The notes: generated by a model not told the origin, from the sequence alone. A stretch of 64,000 nt of DNA from Candidatus Hydrothermarchaeum profundi (GCA_002011125.2 MTMF02000008.1:32001-96000); one strand, 5' to 3'. Shown: positions 38,643 through 48,640, counted from the first letter of the stretch. Made by a program: numbers and translations.

Positions 38643-39710
38643 TCATTGTCCACAACTCTCAAAGGTTTTAGTCTGTGCTGACCCCTTTCCAGCTGTTTCG
38701 CTCTTTATTAGTTGCTCAATAACTTCAAATGACACTGCCCCTCTAACAGGAATTCCATTAACAAAAAACGTTGGAGTACCCGATACACCTGCTTTTAATC
38801 CATCTTGATAGTCCTTCATAACTTCGGATTCGTATTTCCCAGAATCTAGACATTCATTGAATTGTACCATATTAAGGGCCAATTCTGATGCATATCTTTT
38901 GAAAATAGAAACCGCATCTTCATTTCCACTCCATTCTTGCTGGCCTTGGAATAACTTATCGTGCATTTCCCAGAATTTGCCTTGGTCATAAGCACACTGT
39001 GCAGCTTCTGCAGCTTTTTGTGCCTGGGCATGTATGCTACTTAGCGGAAAGTCCCTGTATACAAATCTTATTTTTCCCTCTTTTGCTAATTCCTTTAGCT
39101 TAGGTACTGGAGGTTCCCAATTTGGGTCTCTTGACTTCATTCTGGAAGTAATTCCTTCATTATATCCGGCTACTCCACTACAGAATGGGCACTGGAAATC
39201 CGAAAATTCAATAACAACTACAGGAGCGTTATCTGGACCGATACATGGATCATCATCTGCGCTTAGAGTAACTCTCTCATATGTTCTATTACTTTCCTCC
39301 GTAGGTTGTTGCAGTTCAGATTTGAGATCTATGACTACTATTCCATCTTGGTTTGGTAGAATAACTCTTCCATCTCTAGTAGCATATACGGAGAAAAACT
39401 GAGCTTGCTGTCCAGATTGAACTTTGAGTACAATGACATAAAGGTTTTCTCCGAGTTCTTCAACTTTCTCAAGAGTGCCTGTTACGCCTTGGGGATTAAG
39501 AATACGGCTATTAATAAACTCCATTGTCATATTTGCTACTTCCTCTTTAGAAAGCTCAGAGTTTTCTTCATTGACTACATTTTGGTTATCTACTTCTTGA
39601 GTTGTTTCTTTAGGCTTTCCACCTATCTGGTTGCTCTGTGATATAATGCCCCCGAAAAAAAGAATAGCTACACCAATAGCAATTAATATATATACTTGTT
39701 TCTGCTTCAT
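38643..39710 (-). CDS. Membrane-anchored DsbA-family thiol-disulfide oxidoreductase
   Basis: EFSDFQCPFC, YRDFPL, GVSGTPTFFVNG; N-terminal TM. Confidence 0.9.
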   Translation of the reverse strand: MKQKQVYILIAIGVAILFFGGIISQSNQIGGKPKETTQEVDNQNVVNEENSELSKEEVANMTMEFINSRILNPQGVTGTLEKVEELGENLYVIVLKVQSGQQAQFFSVYATRDGRVILPNQDGIVVIDLKSELQQPTEESNRTYERVTLSADDDPCIGPDNAPVVVIEFSDFQCPFCSGVAGYNEGITSRMKSRDPNWEPPVPKLKELAKEGKIRFVYRDFPLSSIHAQAQKAAEAAQCAYDQGKFWEMHDKLFQGQQEWSGNEDAVSIFKRYASELALNMVQFNECLDSGKYESEVMKDYQDGLKAGVSGTPTFFVNGIPVRGAVSFEVIEQLIKSETAGKGSAQTKTFESCGQ

Positions 39711-39815
39711 TTAGCCTCCATCTTAAACTTCACAATATAAAAGAATTCTGATTTAAAGTAGATTTTATTTAACATATTTTGAAATTTTCTTAAGAAATAA
39801 AACGTTAAAAGTAAA

Positions 39816-39838
39816 TTTACATGTTAATTACATGTAAA
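39816..39838. promoter_or_regulatory. Palindromic operator TTTACATGT-N5-ACATGTAAA
   Basis: Perfect 9-bp arms directly upstream of BRE/TATA-like CGAAAAATTTTTATAA. Confidence 0.5.
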
Positions 39839-39904
39839 ACACCGAAAAATTTTTATAATGGGCCGGGAGATTTTATCATACTTAGTCGAAGGAGGTGTAT
39901 CCTA

Positions 39905-39994
39905 ATGCTCGGCGACATTGTAGGAGCAATTGGTGCGGCCTGTATAGCTATATTTCTAGTTATAATGGTCGCTGGGATGGCAGGAGTTATCTAA
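39905..39994 (+). CDS. 29-aa single-TM microprotein (MLGDIVGAIGAACIAIFLVIMVAGMAGVI)
   Basis: Strong SD GAAGGAGGTG, upstream TATA, downstream hairpin. Confidence 0.7.
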   Translation: MLGDIVGAIGAACIAIFLVIMVAGMAGVI

Positions 39995-40026
39995 AAAGCA
40001 ACTCTCTCTAATCGGATAGAATATTT

Positions 40027-40054
40027 TAGGAAAGGGGTTTTTGACCCCTTCCTA
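40027..40054. terminator. Hairpin between convergent genes
   Basis: TAGGAAAGGGGT-TTTTG-ACCCCTTCCTA stem-loop. Confidence 0.55.
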
Positions 40055-40070
40055 TTATAAAATAGAATAG

Positions 40071-40544
40071 TTAAAATTTAGTTACTCCATCTGGGACTCG
40101 ATATAATTTGAATTTAACTTTGTTATTTTCTATAGCTTCTTTAACCATTCTCTGGGGTTTATCTAGCCCTTTTTTACCTGTTTTAATTTCTAAGAAAACT
40201 ATCTCCTCTATTTTGTTATGACTTCTACCCTTAAAGACGACCATATCGATAGGGTCTCCTAGAAATTTGACGTCTGTTGGATCATAGTTAAAACCAGGTA
40301 GAAAGGGAGCAAGCTGTTCGCTAAACTTTCCTCCTAGAGTTACTCTGCTTCTCCTCTTTGCGTCCTCTCTTATTTCGCTCTCCTTTTCCTTAATCCATTC
40401 CTCAAATTTTAGATCATATTCTTTTTTCGTTATTTTCCTCGCTACTATAAAGCCGACTAGAAGTGAGATAAAAATTATTAAGGCTAAAGTAATTGTTTCG
40501 TCAATCATATATCCACCTCTTTTAATCTCAAGTTCGTAATCCAT
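40071..40544 (-). CDS. Membrane-anchored Holliday-junction-resolvase-like PD-(D/E)XK endonuclease
   Basis: N-terminal TM, GKFSEQLAPF, FLGDPIDMVVF, FLEIKTG. Confidence 0.8.
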   Translation of the reverse strand: MDYELEIKRGGYMIDETITLALIIFISLLVGFIVARKITKKEYDLKFEEWIKEKESEIREDAKRRSRVTLGGKFSEQLAPFLPGFNYDPTDVKFLGDPIDMVVFKGRSHNKIEEIVFLEIKTGKKGLDKPQRMVKEAIENNKVKFKLYRVPDGVTKF

Positions 40545-40593
40545 ATTCTATTTCCGATACAATTTTAAAATAGATTTTTTAATTAATTAAGAT

Positions 40594-41334
40594 ATGACCA
40601 ATGATATCTTTTCTAAACGACCGGCTATTTGTGCTTCGATAATTGCAAACACTGTTGAAGAATATCTGGAAGATGTTAGGGGGGTTGATGGTGCGGATAT
40701 AATAGAGATAAGAGCTGATGGATTGAATGTAAGGTCTCATGATATCCAAAGAGCTTATAAATCTGAAATAAAAAGGTTGCTAAGGAATGTGAGGATTCAA
40801 ACGGATTTACCAGTAATACTTACTTTGAGAGGGGAAAAAGAGGGAGGAGCATTCGCGGGTACAGAAGCGGATAGAATCGAGTGCATAAGGGACTCTCTTA
40901 AATTAGCTGACATAGTAGATATAGAGTTAGCTATGGAAGGCGAACAAAGAGACGAACTGATAAAGGAAGCAAGGCAGATGAATAAAAAGGTTATAGTATC
41001 GTATCATGATCTAAGTTCTACCCCTGCGGAAGATGCCATGATGAGTATCCTTGAAGAAGAAGTCGAGATTGGGGCAAATGTTGCGAAACTTGCGGTGACT
41101 GCTAACTCAAAAAAAGATGTAATTAAACTTTTAAATGTAACTCGAGAGATGGCAGAAGGAATGGAAGTACCCATCTGTACAATTGCTATGGGTGACTACG
41201 GCAGGATCTCTAGAATAGTAGCTCCCTTTTTTGGTTCTGTTATGACTTACGGGTATGTCTCAAATGAAACCGCACCAGGCCAGTTAAGTATATTAGAACT
41301 TAGAAGAGCATTAGAAATTTTGGGATTGAAATGA
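40594..41334 (+). CDS. aroD: Type I 3-dehydroquinate dehydratase
   Basis: EIRAD, TLR...EGG, VDIEL, SYHD, AMG...SR, TAPGQ. Confidence 0.93.
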   Translation: MTNDIFSKRPAICASIIANTVEEYLEDVRGVDGADIIEIRADGLNVRSHDIQRAYKSEIKRLLRNVRIQTDLPVILTLRGEKEGGAFAGTEADRIECIRDSLKLADIVDIELAMEGEQRDELIKEARQMNKKVIVSYHDLSSTPAEDAMMSILEEEVEIGANVAKLAVTANSKKDVIKLLNVTREMAEGMEVPICTIAMGDYGRISRIVAPFFGSVMTYGYVSNETAPGQLSILELRRALEILGLK

Positions 41335-42188
41335 GGATTGATGCAAAGACCAAGGTTTTCTGTGTAATTGGAGACCCGATAGAGCATTCCTTATCTCCGC
41401 CTATGCATAACGCAGTATTTGAAAAACTAAATTTAGGTTGTGTGTATGTAGCGTTCATGGTTAAACAGGCGGATCTAAAAGACGCGTTAAAAGGATTTAA
41501 AGCATTGGGTATTAGAGGTATTAATGTAACTATACCTCACAAAGTGGCAGTTATAAAGTACTTGGATAGGCTGTCTGAGGAAGCACGTATAATCGGAGCT
41601 GTTAATACAATAAAAATTGGGGAAGAGGTAGTAGGTTATAATACCGATGGGATAGGTGCTCTTAGAGCGTTGAGGGAAGGGGGAGCTGACCCAGAGGATA
41701 AAAATGTTTTAATTTTAGGATCTGGCGGTGCTGCAAGAGCGATTTCTGTTACTCTTGCATTACAAGGGAATGTTAATTCTATCATGATTTTAGGCATTGA
41801 TAAGGACGAGCTACTCCGATTAATAGCTGATATTACAAAAAAAACAGGGATAAATGCTAGCGGGAAGATTATGACAGAAGATACTAAGAAAGAAGAAATT
41901 ATGAAAGCAGATATATTGATCCATTGTACTCCTGTTGGCATGTATCCCCGAATTGATGAGTCCTTAGTGACGGCAGAGATGTTAAAAGAGGACCTGCATG
42001 TTATGGATATAGTGTATACTCCTAGGGAAACCAAGTTGTTAAAAGAAGCTAAGAAAGCGGGATGCAATACCATCGAGGGGCTCTGGATGTTTATCTATCA
42101 AGCAGCTGAATCTGAAAAAATATGGCTGGGTGTCGATGCTCCTGTGGACTTGATGAAGGAGGTCGTGGTAAAGGAGCTGGAAAGATGA
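41331..42188 (+). CDS. aroE: Shikimate dehydrogenase
   Basis: HSLSPPMHN, NVTIPHK, GAVNT, YNTDG, GSGGAARA. Confidence 0.95.
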   Translation: MRIDAKTKVFCVIGDPIEHSLSPPMHNAVFEKLNLGCVYVAFMVKQADLKDALKGFKALGIRGINVTIPHKVAVIKYLDRLSEEARIIGAVNTIKIGEEVVGYNTDGIGALRALREGGADPEDKNVLILGSGGAARAISVTLALQGNVNSIMILGIDKDELLRLIADITKKTGINASGKIMTEDTKKEEIMKADILIHCTPVGMYPRIDESLVTAEMLKEDLHVMDIVYTPRETKLLKEAKKAGCNTIEGLWMFIYQAAESEKIWLGVDAPVDLMKEVVVKELER

Positions 42189-42544
42189 ATGAAGATGAGA
42201 TTCTTAGGAGACTTGAGCCTAACTACGAGGATTTAACCGCTAATGAGATCACTGATCTTATAAAAAAGAAAGCAACATCTGAGGAAAGGGCGTTTTTAGA
42301 AAGAAAAAAAGAAGAAAAAATGCGCCTTGCTATTCAGGCGGAAGAGCTTATAAAACAGGGCAGATTGAATAGAGCCTTAGAAATGCTAAACTTCGCACTC
42401 TCTTTGGGTACATATGGAAATGAGTATCCGTTAGGCCTATTAGGGGACCTGTATTTGAAGAGGGGGGATAAGAAAAAAGCTTTGGAGATGTATAAAAAAT
42501 CTGGAACGATTGATTCTCTTAAAAAAGCTAGAAAGCTGGAGTAA
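42185..42544 (+). CDS. TPR-like helical protein
   Basis: LGDLYLKRGDKKKALEMYKK; ATG 42185 overlaps the aroE stop. Confidence 0.6.
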   Translation: MNEDEILRRLEPNYEDLTANEITDLIKKKATSEERAFLERKKEEKMRLAIQAEELIKQGRLNRALEMLNFALSLGTYGNEYPLGLLGDLYLKRGDKKKALEMYKKSGTIDSLKKARKLE

Positions 42545-43038
42545 TGAGCACCTGTGAATATGTTCCTATACCCGATGAAGCTGCTAGGGAAATGCTTAAG
42601 GCCTTAGAAGTAAAGAAGGGGGAGCTGCTATATGACCTCGGAAGCGGTACGGCTAATATTTTGATAATTGCTGCTGAGGAATTTGGAGCAAAATGTATTG
42701 GAATCGAGGTGCGGCAGAGACTTGTAGAATGGTCGCTGGAGGATATAAAGAATTTAGGATTGCATGATAGGATTACTGTTATCAAGGATAACTTTTTTTC
42801 TCAGAGATTCTGGTATCATTTAGGAGGAAGAGAGCTCACTATAAGGGACGCAGATGTTGTAACTATGTATTTAACATTGCAGGTGCAAGAGGCATTGAGG
42901 GATAGGATTGAGAAGGAGCTAAAGCCGGGTACTAGAGTTGGTTCATACGCCTTTAAGCTTAGAGGATGGGAACCCGTGAAAGTAGTTAATTCTAAGGAAG
43001 CTCCAATTTATATTTTTGAGAAAGGAAAAAGCTTCTAG
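42544..43038 (+). CDS. SAM-dependent methyltransferase, archaeal protein-lysine MTase (aKMT/FAM173-like), copy 1
   Basis: YVP.P, YDLGSG, GIE, ADVVTMYL, ELKPGTRV.S..F...GW.P. Confidence 0.82.
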   Translation: MSTCEYVPIPDEAAREMLKALEVKKGELLYDLGSGTANILIIAAEEFGAKCIGIEVRQRLVEWSLEDIKNLGLHDRITVIKDNFFSQRFWYHLGGRELTIRDADVVTMYLTLQVQEALRDRIEKELKPGTRVGSYAFKLRGWEPVKVVNSKEAPIYIFEKGKSF

Positions 43039-43544
43039 AGTTTATCTTTTAAAGCTTTTAAAATTTCATCAACTACTTCGTCTACAGTTAGATTTGAAGT
43101 GTCTATTTTAATGTCGTGGTTTGCGTAGAATGGGGCTCGGTACTCCATTAATTCTTTGATCTTTTTTTTAGGATCTTTAACACGTAAAAGCGGTCTATGG
43201 GTTTCGTTCTTTATCCTTTCATAAATAACCGCTGGATCGGCATAGAGATACACTATTGTTCCATTTTTTTTTAAATTATCCATATTTTCTTTATTTAAAA
43301 CCACGCCTCCGCCTGTAATTATAATATGGTTACTTAACTTAGATACTTCTTCGACAGCTTTTTTTTCCAGCTCTCTGAATTTAATTTCTCCCATTTTTTC
43401 AAAAATATCTGGGATACTCATCCCTGTATCCTCTTCGATTTTATCATCGGTATCAATGACTTTCATTCCAGTCTTTTCAGAGAGTTTTTTTCCTACAGAG
43501 GTCTTTCCAGCACCCATAAATCCTGTAAGCACTATATTTTTCAT
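43035..43544 (-). CDS. aroK: Shikimate kinase, bacterial NMP-kinase fold
   Basis: NIVLTGFMGAGKT, DTD, GEIKFRELE, TGGGVV, RPLL, R.PFY. Confidence 0.92.
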   Translation of the reverse strand: MKNIVLTGFMGAGKTSVGKKLSEKTGMKVIDTDDKIEEDTGMSIPDIFEKMGEIKFRELEKKAVEEVSKLSNHIIITGGGVVLNKENMDNLKKNGTIVYLYADPAVIYERIKNETHRPLLRVKDPKKKIKELMEYRAPFYANHDIKIDTSNLTVDEVVDEILKALKDKL

Positions 43545-43589
43545 TACAGCAAAATTTTTAAAATCTCATATTAATACATTTTTACCTTA

Positions 43590-44093
43590 ATGTTCGTTGG
43601 TGAGTATACTCCTATACCGCGAGCAGCCGCAATTGAGATGTTAAAGGAATCAGGGATCAAGGAGGGGGATACACTCTATATGCTGAGCTGTGGAGATGGG
43701 GATCTGCTAATAATGGCGGCAAGAAGATTTGGAGTAAGATGTGTTGGTATTGAACGTAAAAAGGTCTTAACTGACGATGCATTTGAGAAGGTGAAAAAGA
43801 GCGGGTTGGAGGATAGAATCACAATACTCAACGATAACTTTCATTTTCCGAGGTTCTGGTCCCATATTGACGATAGAGAAGAAAAACCTTATGCCTTAAG
43901 GAATGCTGATGTTGTAATCTATTACCTAACCCTTCAAGTCCAGGAATTGCTTAGAGATAAATTGGTAAAAGAACTTAGGAAAGGTGCTAGAGTGGCATCC
44001 TATGCATTTAAACTTATGGGATGGGAACCGGTTAAGACAAAAGTTGTGGAAGGCGTTCCATTCTATATTTTTGAGAAAGGAAAAAGCTTCTAG
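43590..44093 (+). CDS. aKMT-like methyltransferase, copy 2 (degenerate motif I)
   Basis: Paralog of 42544-43038; YMLSCGDG in place of YDLGSG. Confidence 0.78.
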   Translation: MFVGEYTPIPRAAAIEMLKESGIKEGDTLYMLSCGDGDLLIMAARRFGVRCVGIERKKVLTDDAFEKVKKSGLEDRITILNDNFHFPRFWSHIDDREEKPYALRNADVVIYYLTLQVQELLRDKLVKELRKGARVASYAFKLMGWEPVKTKVVEGVPFYIFEKGKSF

Positions 44094-45493
44094 CTCAGGT
44101 AACCTACTACTTTCTGTGAGGTTAGGTACGCATCTGCAGTACAATAATTTATACCGACCCCTCTAAATGCATTACCGGTCATAAATAATCCTGGATGTTT
44201 ATTGAGTCGTTTTTCTATTATTTCAAGACGTTTTTTATGTCCTAAGGTGTATTGAGGTATCCCCTTTTCATGTCTAAAAACTTTCGCAAATATAGGCTCC
44301 GCATCTATCCCCATTATTTCCATAAGCTCTCCCTTAGCGATGTTAATCAGCTGGTCCTTAGAGAGAAGTGCTAACTCAGGCTGCATTGCTCCCCCGATCA
44401 TAATCCTAAATAAATATTTACCCTCTGGCGCTCTGCCTGGAAATATACTACTGGTCCATAGACATCCTATTATTTTTCGTTTCTCGTTTCTTGCTACCAA
44501 AAATCCAAAACCATCTAGAGGGTGATTAAGCTCTTTACGGTTATATCCAAGGGCAACTACTGATATAGGCACATAGGGTATCTCTAGCAGCTTCTGGGAT
44601 ATCTCTGGGTCTAATTCTTTTATCATTTTGCTTGTTGTGTAAGCGGGTGTTGCTGTTATGATTATATCTGCCTCCAAGGCATCATTTCCCTCTAGCTCGG
44701 CGATATATTTGGGTTTTTTATCATCTATTCTACTGATCTTTTCAACCCTTTTGCCTTTGATTATATCTCCCTCAATTTTCTCTGCAAGAGTATCTATAAG
44801 GGTCTGTATTCCACCTTTGAAGGAAGTTAGTCTGCCCCCTGGACCAGCGGTAGCTTTCATTTTTATTCCCGTTTTCTTTGCCTGTTTCATACGCTTTATC
44901 ATCCCTCTTATAAGGCTGCCATTTCCCTCCTTTTCCACTTCTAGAAGGAGAGGGAAACAGCTTTCCATACTTAACTTTTCTGCGTCACCTCCGAAGACAC
45001 CGCTAACCATTGGAGCTATTAGTTTGTTAACAGCTTCTTGTCCCATATGCCTTCTTGCAAACTCCGCTATAGTTTCCTCTTCTCCCTCGGGTTTAGGTTT
45101 GGTGAATATCTCCATCGCAACCCTCATTTTACCTTTCAGCGAGAGGAGGTCAGATTTCAAAAAAGCTATTGGTGACTCTGGGAGTTGTTTTAATTTTCCA
45201 TCAGAGTAGATGAACCTTTTTCTCGCAACATCGTTACTAGGTTGTAGCAGGTCGTTTATTCCTAAGGCATCTACTAGTTTTAGTGTGCTGGGCTTATTAT
45301 CAAGAAATCCGTTGGCTCCTACCTCAATGGTATACCCCTTTTCCCGCATCGTTTGAACTTTACCTCCTAATTTTTCAGATGCTTCTATTAGGGTTATGTC
45401 TACGTCGATACCTTTGTCTCTGGCTTTTTCTTGTATATTGAAGGCGGTCGATAATCCAGAGATTCCCCCGCCAACTACAACTACTCTGTTCAT
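44090..45493 (-). CDS. hemY: Coproporphyrinogen/protoporphyrinogen oxidase (HemY/CgoX)
   Basis: GGGISGL, GANGF, SFKGG, GFGFLV, IPQYTLGH, GVGINYC. Confidence 0.92.
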   Translation of the reverse strand: MNRVVVVGGGISGLSTAFNIQEKARDKGIDVDITLIEASEKLGGKVQTMREKGYTIEVGANGFLDNKPSTLKLVDALGINDLLQPSNDVARKRFIYSDGKLKQLPESPIAFLKSDLLSLKGKMRVAMEIFTKPKPEGEEETIAEFARRHMGQEAVNKLIAPMVSGVFGGDAEKLSMESCFPLLLEVEKEGNGSLIRGMIKRMKQAKKTGIKMKATAGPGGRLTSFKGGIQTLIDTLAEKIEGDIIKGKRVEKISRIDDKKPKYIAELEGNDALEADIIITATPAYTTSKMIKELDPEISQKLLEIPYVPISVVALGYNRKELNHPLDGFGFLVARNEKRKIIGCLWTSSIFPGRAPEGKYLFRIMIGGAMQPELALLSKDQLINIAKGELMEIMGIDAEPIFAKVFRHEKGIPQYTLGHKKRLEIIEKRLNKHPGLFMTGNAFRGVGINYCTADAYLTSQKVVGYLS

Positions 45494-45531
45494 AAAAATC
45501 CATTAGAATTTAAATGAGAGCAAATATAAAA

Positions 45532-46473
45532 TCATTGTGTATTTGCCTTTACAATTTCTGTTAGTGCAAGAACGAATTCAGGATTATCGTTAAGTGACTG
45601 TGTTCTCCTGAGAGTCACTCCTAACTTCTGTGCATACTTTTTAAGCTTGATATCTATATCATAGAGGGTTTCCAAATGGTCGGAAACAAAACTGATAGGC
45701 ACTACTAAAATATTTTTAATATCCTTCTCGCTTAATGTTTTAATAACGTCCTCTGTTTTAGGTCCTAGCCATTTAATTGGTCCAGATTGACTTTGGAATC
45801 CAAGACTCCATTTAATACCGTCTAGTTGTCTTTCTACTCCTTTTATCGTAGCCATTATCTCTGATAAGTAAGGATCTCCTTCTTCTATTACTTTCTGAGG
45901 TAGGGAATGAGCGCTAAATAAAACATGAACTTCTTTTTCTTCAAATTCTGAGAGTCCTCTTCTAATACTGTTTGCCAAGGCGGTTAGATAACCCGGATGA
46001 TCATACCACCTGTCTATAACTTTTACGCTAATTTTTGGATTTATTTTCTCAATTGCAATATTCAGTTTTTTAACGCATGTGCCAGTTGTAGTTCTAGAAT
46101 ACTGTGGGAAAAGAGGTAAAGCCAGAATATCTTTTATTCCTGTTTTAACTACGCTTTCAACGGCTTCTTCTATAGTAGGATGCCAATAGCGCATTCCAAC
46201 AAATACTTCAAAATCTCTCCCAAGCTCATTTTTAAGAGCCGCAGCTTGCCTCAAGGTTATATCTACAATCGGGCTTTTACCGCCTATTTTCTCGTACCTT
46301 TCCCTAACCTTTCTCGCCCGAAACTTAGATATGAGCTTCGCTGTAGGTTTCTGGAAAGGAAGTCTTATGATATCCCTGTCCGAGAAAAGATTATAAAGGA
46401 AAGGTTCAATGGAGGATATCGAGTCGGGACCTCCTAAATTCATCATGATTATTGCTTTTTTCTCGGTAGTCAT
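45532..46473 (-). CDS. hemH: Ferrochelatase (HemH/CpfC)
   Basis: MNLGGP, GGKSP, GMRYWHP, LFPQYS, FSAHSLP, FQS, FVSDHLETLYDID. Confidence 0.94.
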   Translation of the reverse strand: MTTEKKAIIMMNLGGPDSISSIEPFLYNLFSDRDIIRLPFQKPTAKLISKFRARKVRERYEKIGGKSPIVDITLRQAAALKNELGRDFEVFVGMRYWHPTIEEAVESVVKTGIKDILALPLFPQYSRTTTGTCVKKLNIAIEKINPKISVKVIDRWYDHPGYLTALANSIRRGLSEFEEKEVHVLFSAHSLPQKVIEEGDPYLSEIMATIKGVERQLDGIKWSLGFQSQSGPIKWLGPKTEDVIKTLSEKDIKNILVVPISFVSDHLETLYDIDIKLKKYAQKLGVTLRRTQSLNDNPEFVLALTEIVKANTQ

Positions 46474-47498
46474 CGTATGCTCCACTTTTTTACGAATTTC
46501 ACCATGGAAATTACATTTTCTACAGGTGTTTGTGGTAAGATACCATGCCCTAAGTTAAATATGTGTCCAGGCCTATTTTCAGCTCTATACAAGATATCCC
46601 TAACTCTCTCCTTTATCAAAGGTTTAGTGGTTAATAATATCGCTGGATCAAGATTTCCTTGTATTCCCACATTATATCCTATTCTTTTCCAAGCCTCGTC
46701 TAGGTTAATCCTCCAGTCAATACCTATGACATCTCCCCCAGATTCTCTCATAAGCTCTAAGAGGGTTGAAGCTCCTGTAGCAAAATATATTATAGGGACC
46801 TTGTTTTTAAGAGACTTTATTACCTTCTTCGTAAATGGCAGTACATATCGCTCATAATCTGTAGGGGAGAGGCATCCTACCCATGAATCGAATAGTTGCA
46901 AGGCATGTACTCCAGAGTCGATCTGATAATTCAAATATTTAACAATAGTATCTGATAGTTTATTCATTAATTTATTGTAGGTGTTTGTGTCTTTCCACAT
47001 CATAACTTTCAGATTTTCATAGTTTCTGCTTCCTTCACCTTCAACCATATAACTCGCTAACGTGAAAGGAGCTCCAGAAAACCCTATTAGTGGAACTCTT
47101 TCTTCTAAATGCTTCAAAGCGAGTTTTATGCTCTCCTCTACGAATGGGATATCTTCTTCTGGTTCTGGAATCTTCAATGATTCTACCTCCCTAGAGTTCC
47201 TTACAGGGTTCAGGATGACAGGGCCAATTGTTTCTTGGAACTCTATTTTAATTCCCATAGCTTCGATAGGGATTAGTATATCTGAAAACAAAATTGCAGC
47301 ATCTACTTGCAGCTTATCAACCGGCTGGATAGTTATCTTTGCGGCAACCTTAGGATTTTTACACATTTCGAGAAAAGAATATTTTTCTCTTATCTCTTGA
47401 TACTCTTCCATATATCTGCCCGCTTGACGCATAAGCCAAACAGGGGTTCTTGGGGTTTTCTCAAGGTTACATGCTTTTAGAAAAAGGTCATTTTCCAA
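46470..47498 (-). CDS. hemE: Uroporphyrinogen decarboxylase
   Basis: PVWLMRQAGRYM, AAILFSDIL, GFSGAPFTLASY, QGNLDP, FNLGHG. Confidence 0.96.
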   Translation of the reverse strand: MENDLFLKACNLEKTPRTPVWLMRQAGRYMEEYQEIREKYSFLEMCKNPKVAAKITIQPVDKLQVDAAILFSDILIPIEAMGIKIEFQETIGPVILNPVRNSREVESLKIPEPEEDIPFVEESIKLALKHLEERVPLIGFSGAPFTLASYMVEGEGSRNYENLKVMMWKDTNTYNKLMNKLSDTIVKYLNYQIDSGVHALQLFDSWVGCLSPTDYERYVLPFTKKVIKSLKNKVPIIYFATGASTLLELMRESGGDVIGIDWRINLDEAWKRIGYNVGIQGNLDPAILLTTKPLIKERVRDILYRAENRPGHIFNLGHGILPQTPVENVISMVKFVKKWSIR

Positions 47499-47572
47499 AG
47501 TTTTCTCTCCTTTTATTTCAATATGACTCTAAATTCTTTGATATACCTGAGAGATATTTTCTATTTAAGTTT

Positions 47573-48640
47573 CTACAAGTTTTTTTCTTTTACTATCCTA
47601 ATAGGGTTATATGTGCAATACGGCTCTTCTGCGAGATAATCTCCATGAACAGCATAGGCTCTTGCTCGGCAACCCCCACAGACCATTAAATATTCGCACT
47701 CCCCGCATTTTCCTTTATATATTTTAAAATTTCTAAGGTTTCTAAGTAATTGAGAATTCTCCCATATCTCTTTAAAAGATTGTTCTTTTATGTTTCCTGC
47801 ATTTTCCGGGAAGTAAGAGCAAGGGTGAACATTACCTTTGTGATCAATGAAGGCTATTAATTGTCCTGCAACACAACCTTTATTGCCTCCCGTAGAGAAG
47901 CTTAGATTCCTACGTTTAAACTCTCTGCCCTCTTTTTTTGCTAGTTGCCTAAAGACCCTATAGTACTGTGGAGCACAAGTTGGCCTGACTAATATTTCAT
48001 CCTCCTCTTTTTCCATAGTATAGTGCCACTTCAAAATTTCTTCATAATCTTCTCTGGAAATTAGTTCCTCCATAATCTCTTTTCCTCTGCCAGTGGGAAC
48101 TATCATAAACATGTACCAAGCGGTTGCGCCAAGTTTCTTTGCAAGCTTATAAACATTGGGTATATCTGCTTGGTTTCTCTTAGTAAATGAGGAATTTATT
48201 ATAAAGGGTATACTATGTTTCTTGAGTAATCTTGCAGCATTGATCGTACCTTTGAATGCTCCTTTTTGCCTCCTAAAATTATCATGAATTTCTTCCTTAG
48301 AACCGTCGAGGCTGAGTGCAACGATTTTAATACCTGAGGCCTTCATTTTTTCGCATATTTCATCGGTCACTAAGGTGCCATTAGTTGCAAGGCACATCCT
48401 TAGACCTTTACTCGTACCATAGCTAGCTATGTCGAATACATCTTCCCTTAAAAGAGGCTCACCGCCTGATAGCACTATGACCGGGTCATAGTATTTAGAG
48501 ATATCATCGAGAAGTCTTTTTGCTTCTGTGGTAGAAGGTCCATTTTCTTCGCTCAAACTAGCTGATGCTCTACAATGAATGCAATTAAGATTACATCGGC
48601 CAGTTAGCTCCCACGCTATCCATTTGGGTTCAAAATCCAT
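47573..48640 (-). CDS. ahbD: Radical SAM/SPASM protein, AhbD/NirJ-like (probable coproheme decarboxylase)
   Basis: [42 protein letters not shown]...EPYC; first gene of the heme operon. Confidence 0.7.
   Translation of the reverse strand: MDFEPKWIAWELTGRCNLNCIHCRASASLSEENGPSTTEAKRLLDDISKYYDPVIVLSGGEPLLREDVFDIASYGTSKGLRMCLATNGTLVTDEICEKMKASGIKIVALSLDGSKEEIHDNFRRQKGAFKGTINAARLLKKHSIPFIINSSFTKRNQADIPNVYKLAKKLGATAWYMFMIVPTGRGKEIMEELISREDYEEILKWHYTMEKEEDEILVRPTCAPQYYRVFRQLAKKEGREFKRRNLSFSTGGNKGCVAGQLIAFIDHKGNVHPCSYFPENAGNIKEQSFKEIWENSQLLRNLRNFKIYKGKCGECEYLMVCGGCRARAYAVHGDYLAEEPYCTYNPIRIVKEKNL

Larger units (their letters stand above)
43009..44093 (+). repeat. 30-bp perfect direct repeat (43009-43038 and 44064-44093)
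   Basis: TATATTTTTGAGAAAGGAAAAAGCTTCTAG at both methyltransferase 3' ends. Confidence 0.9.
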
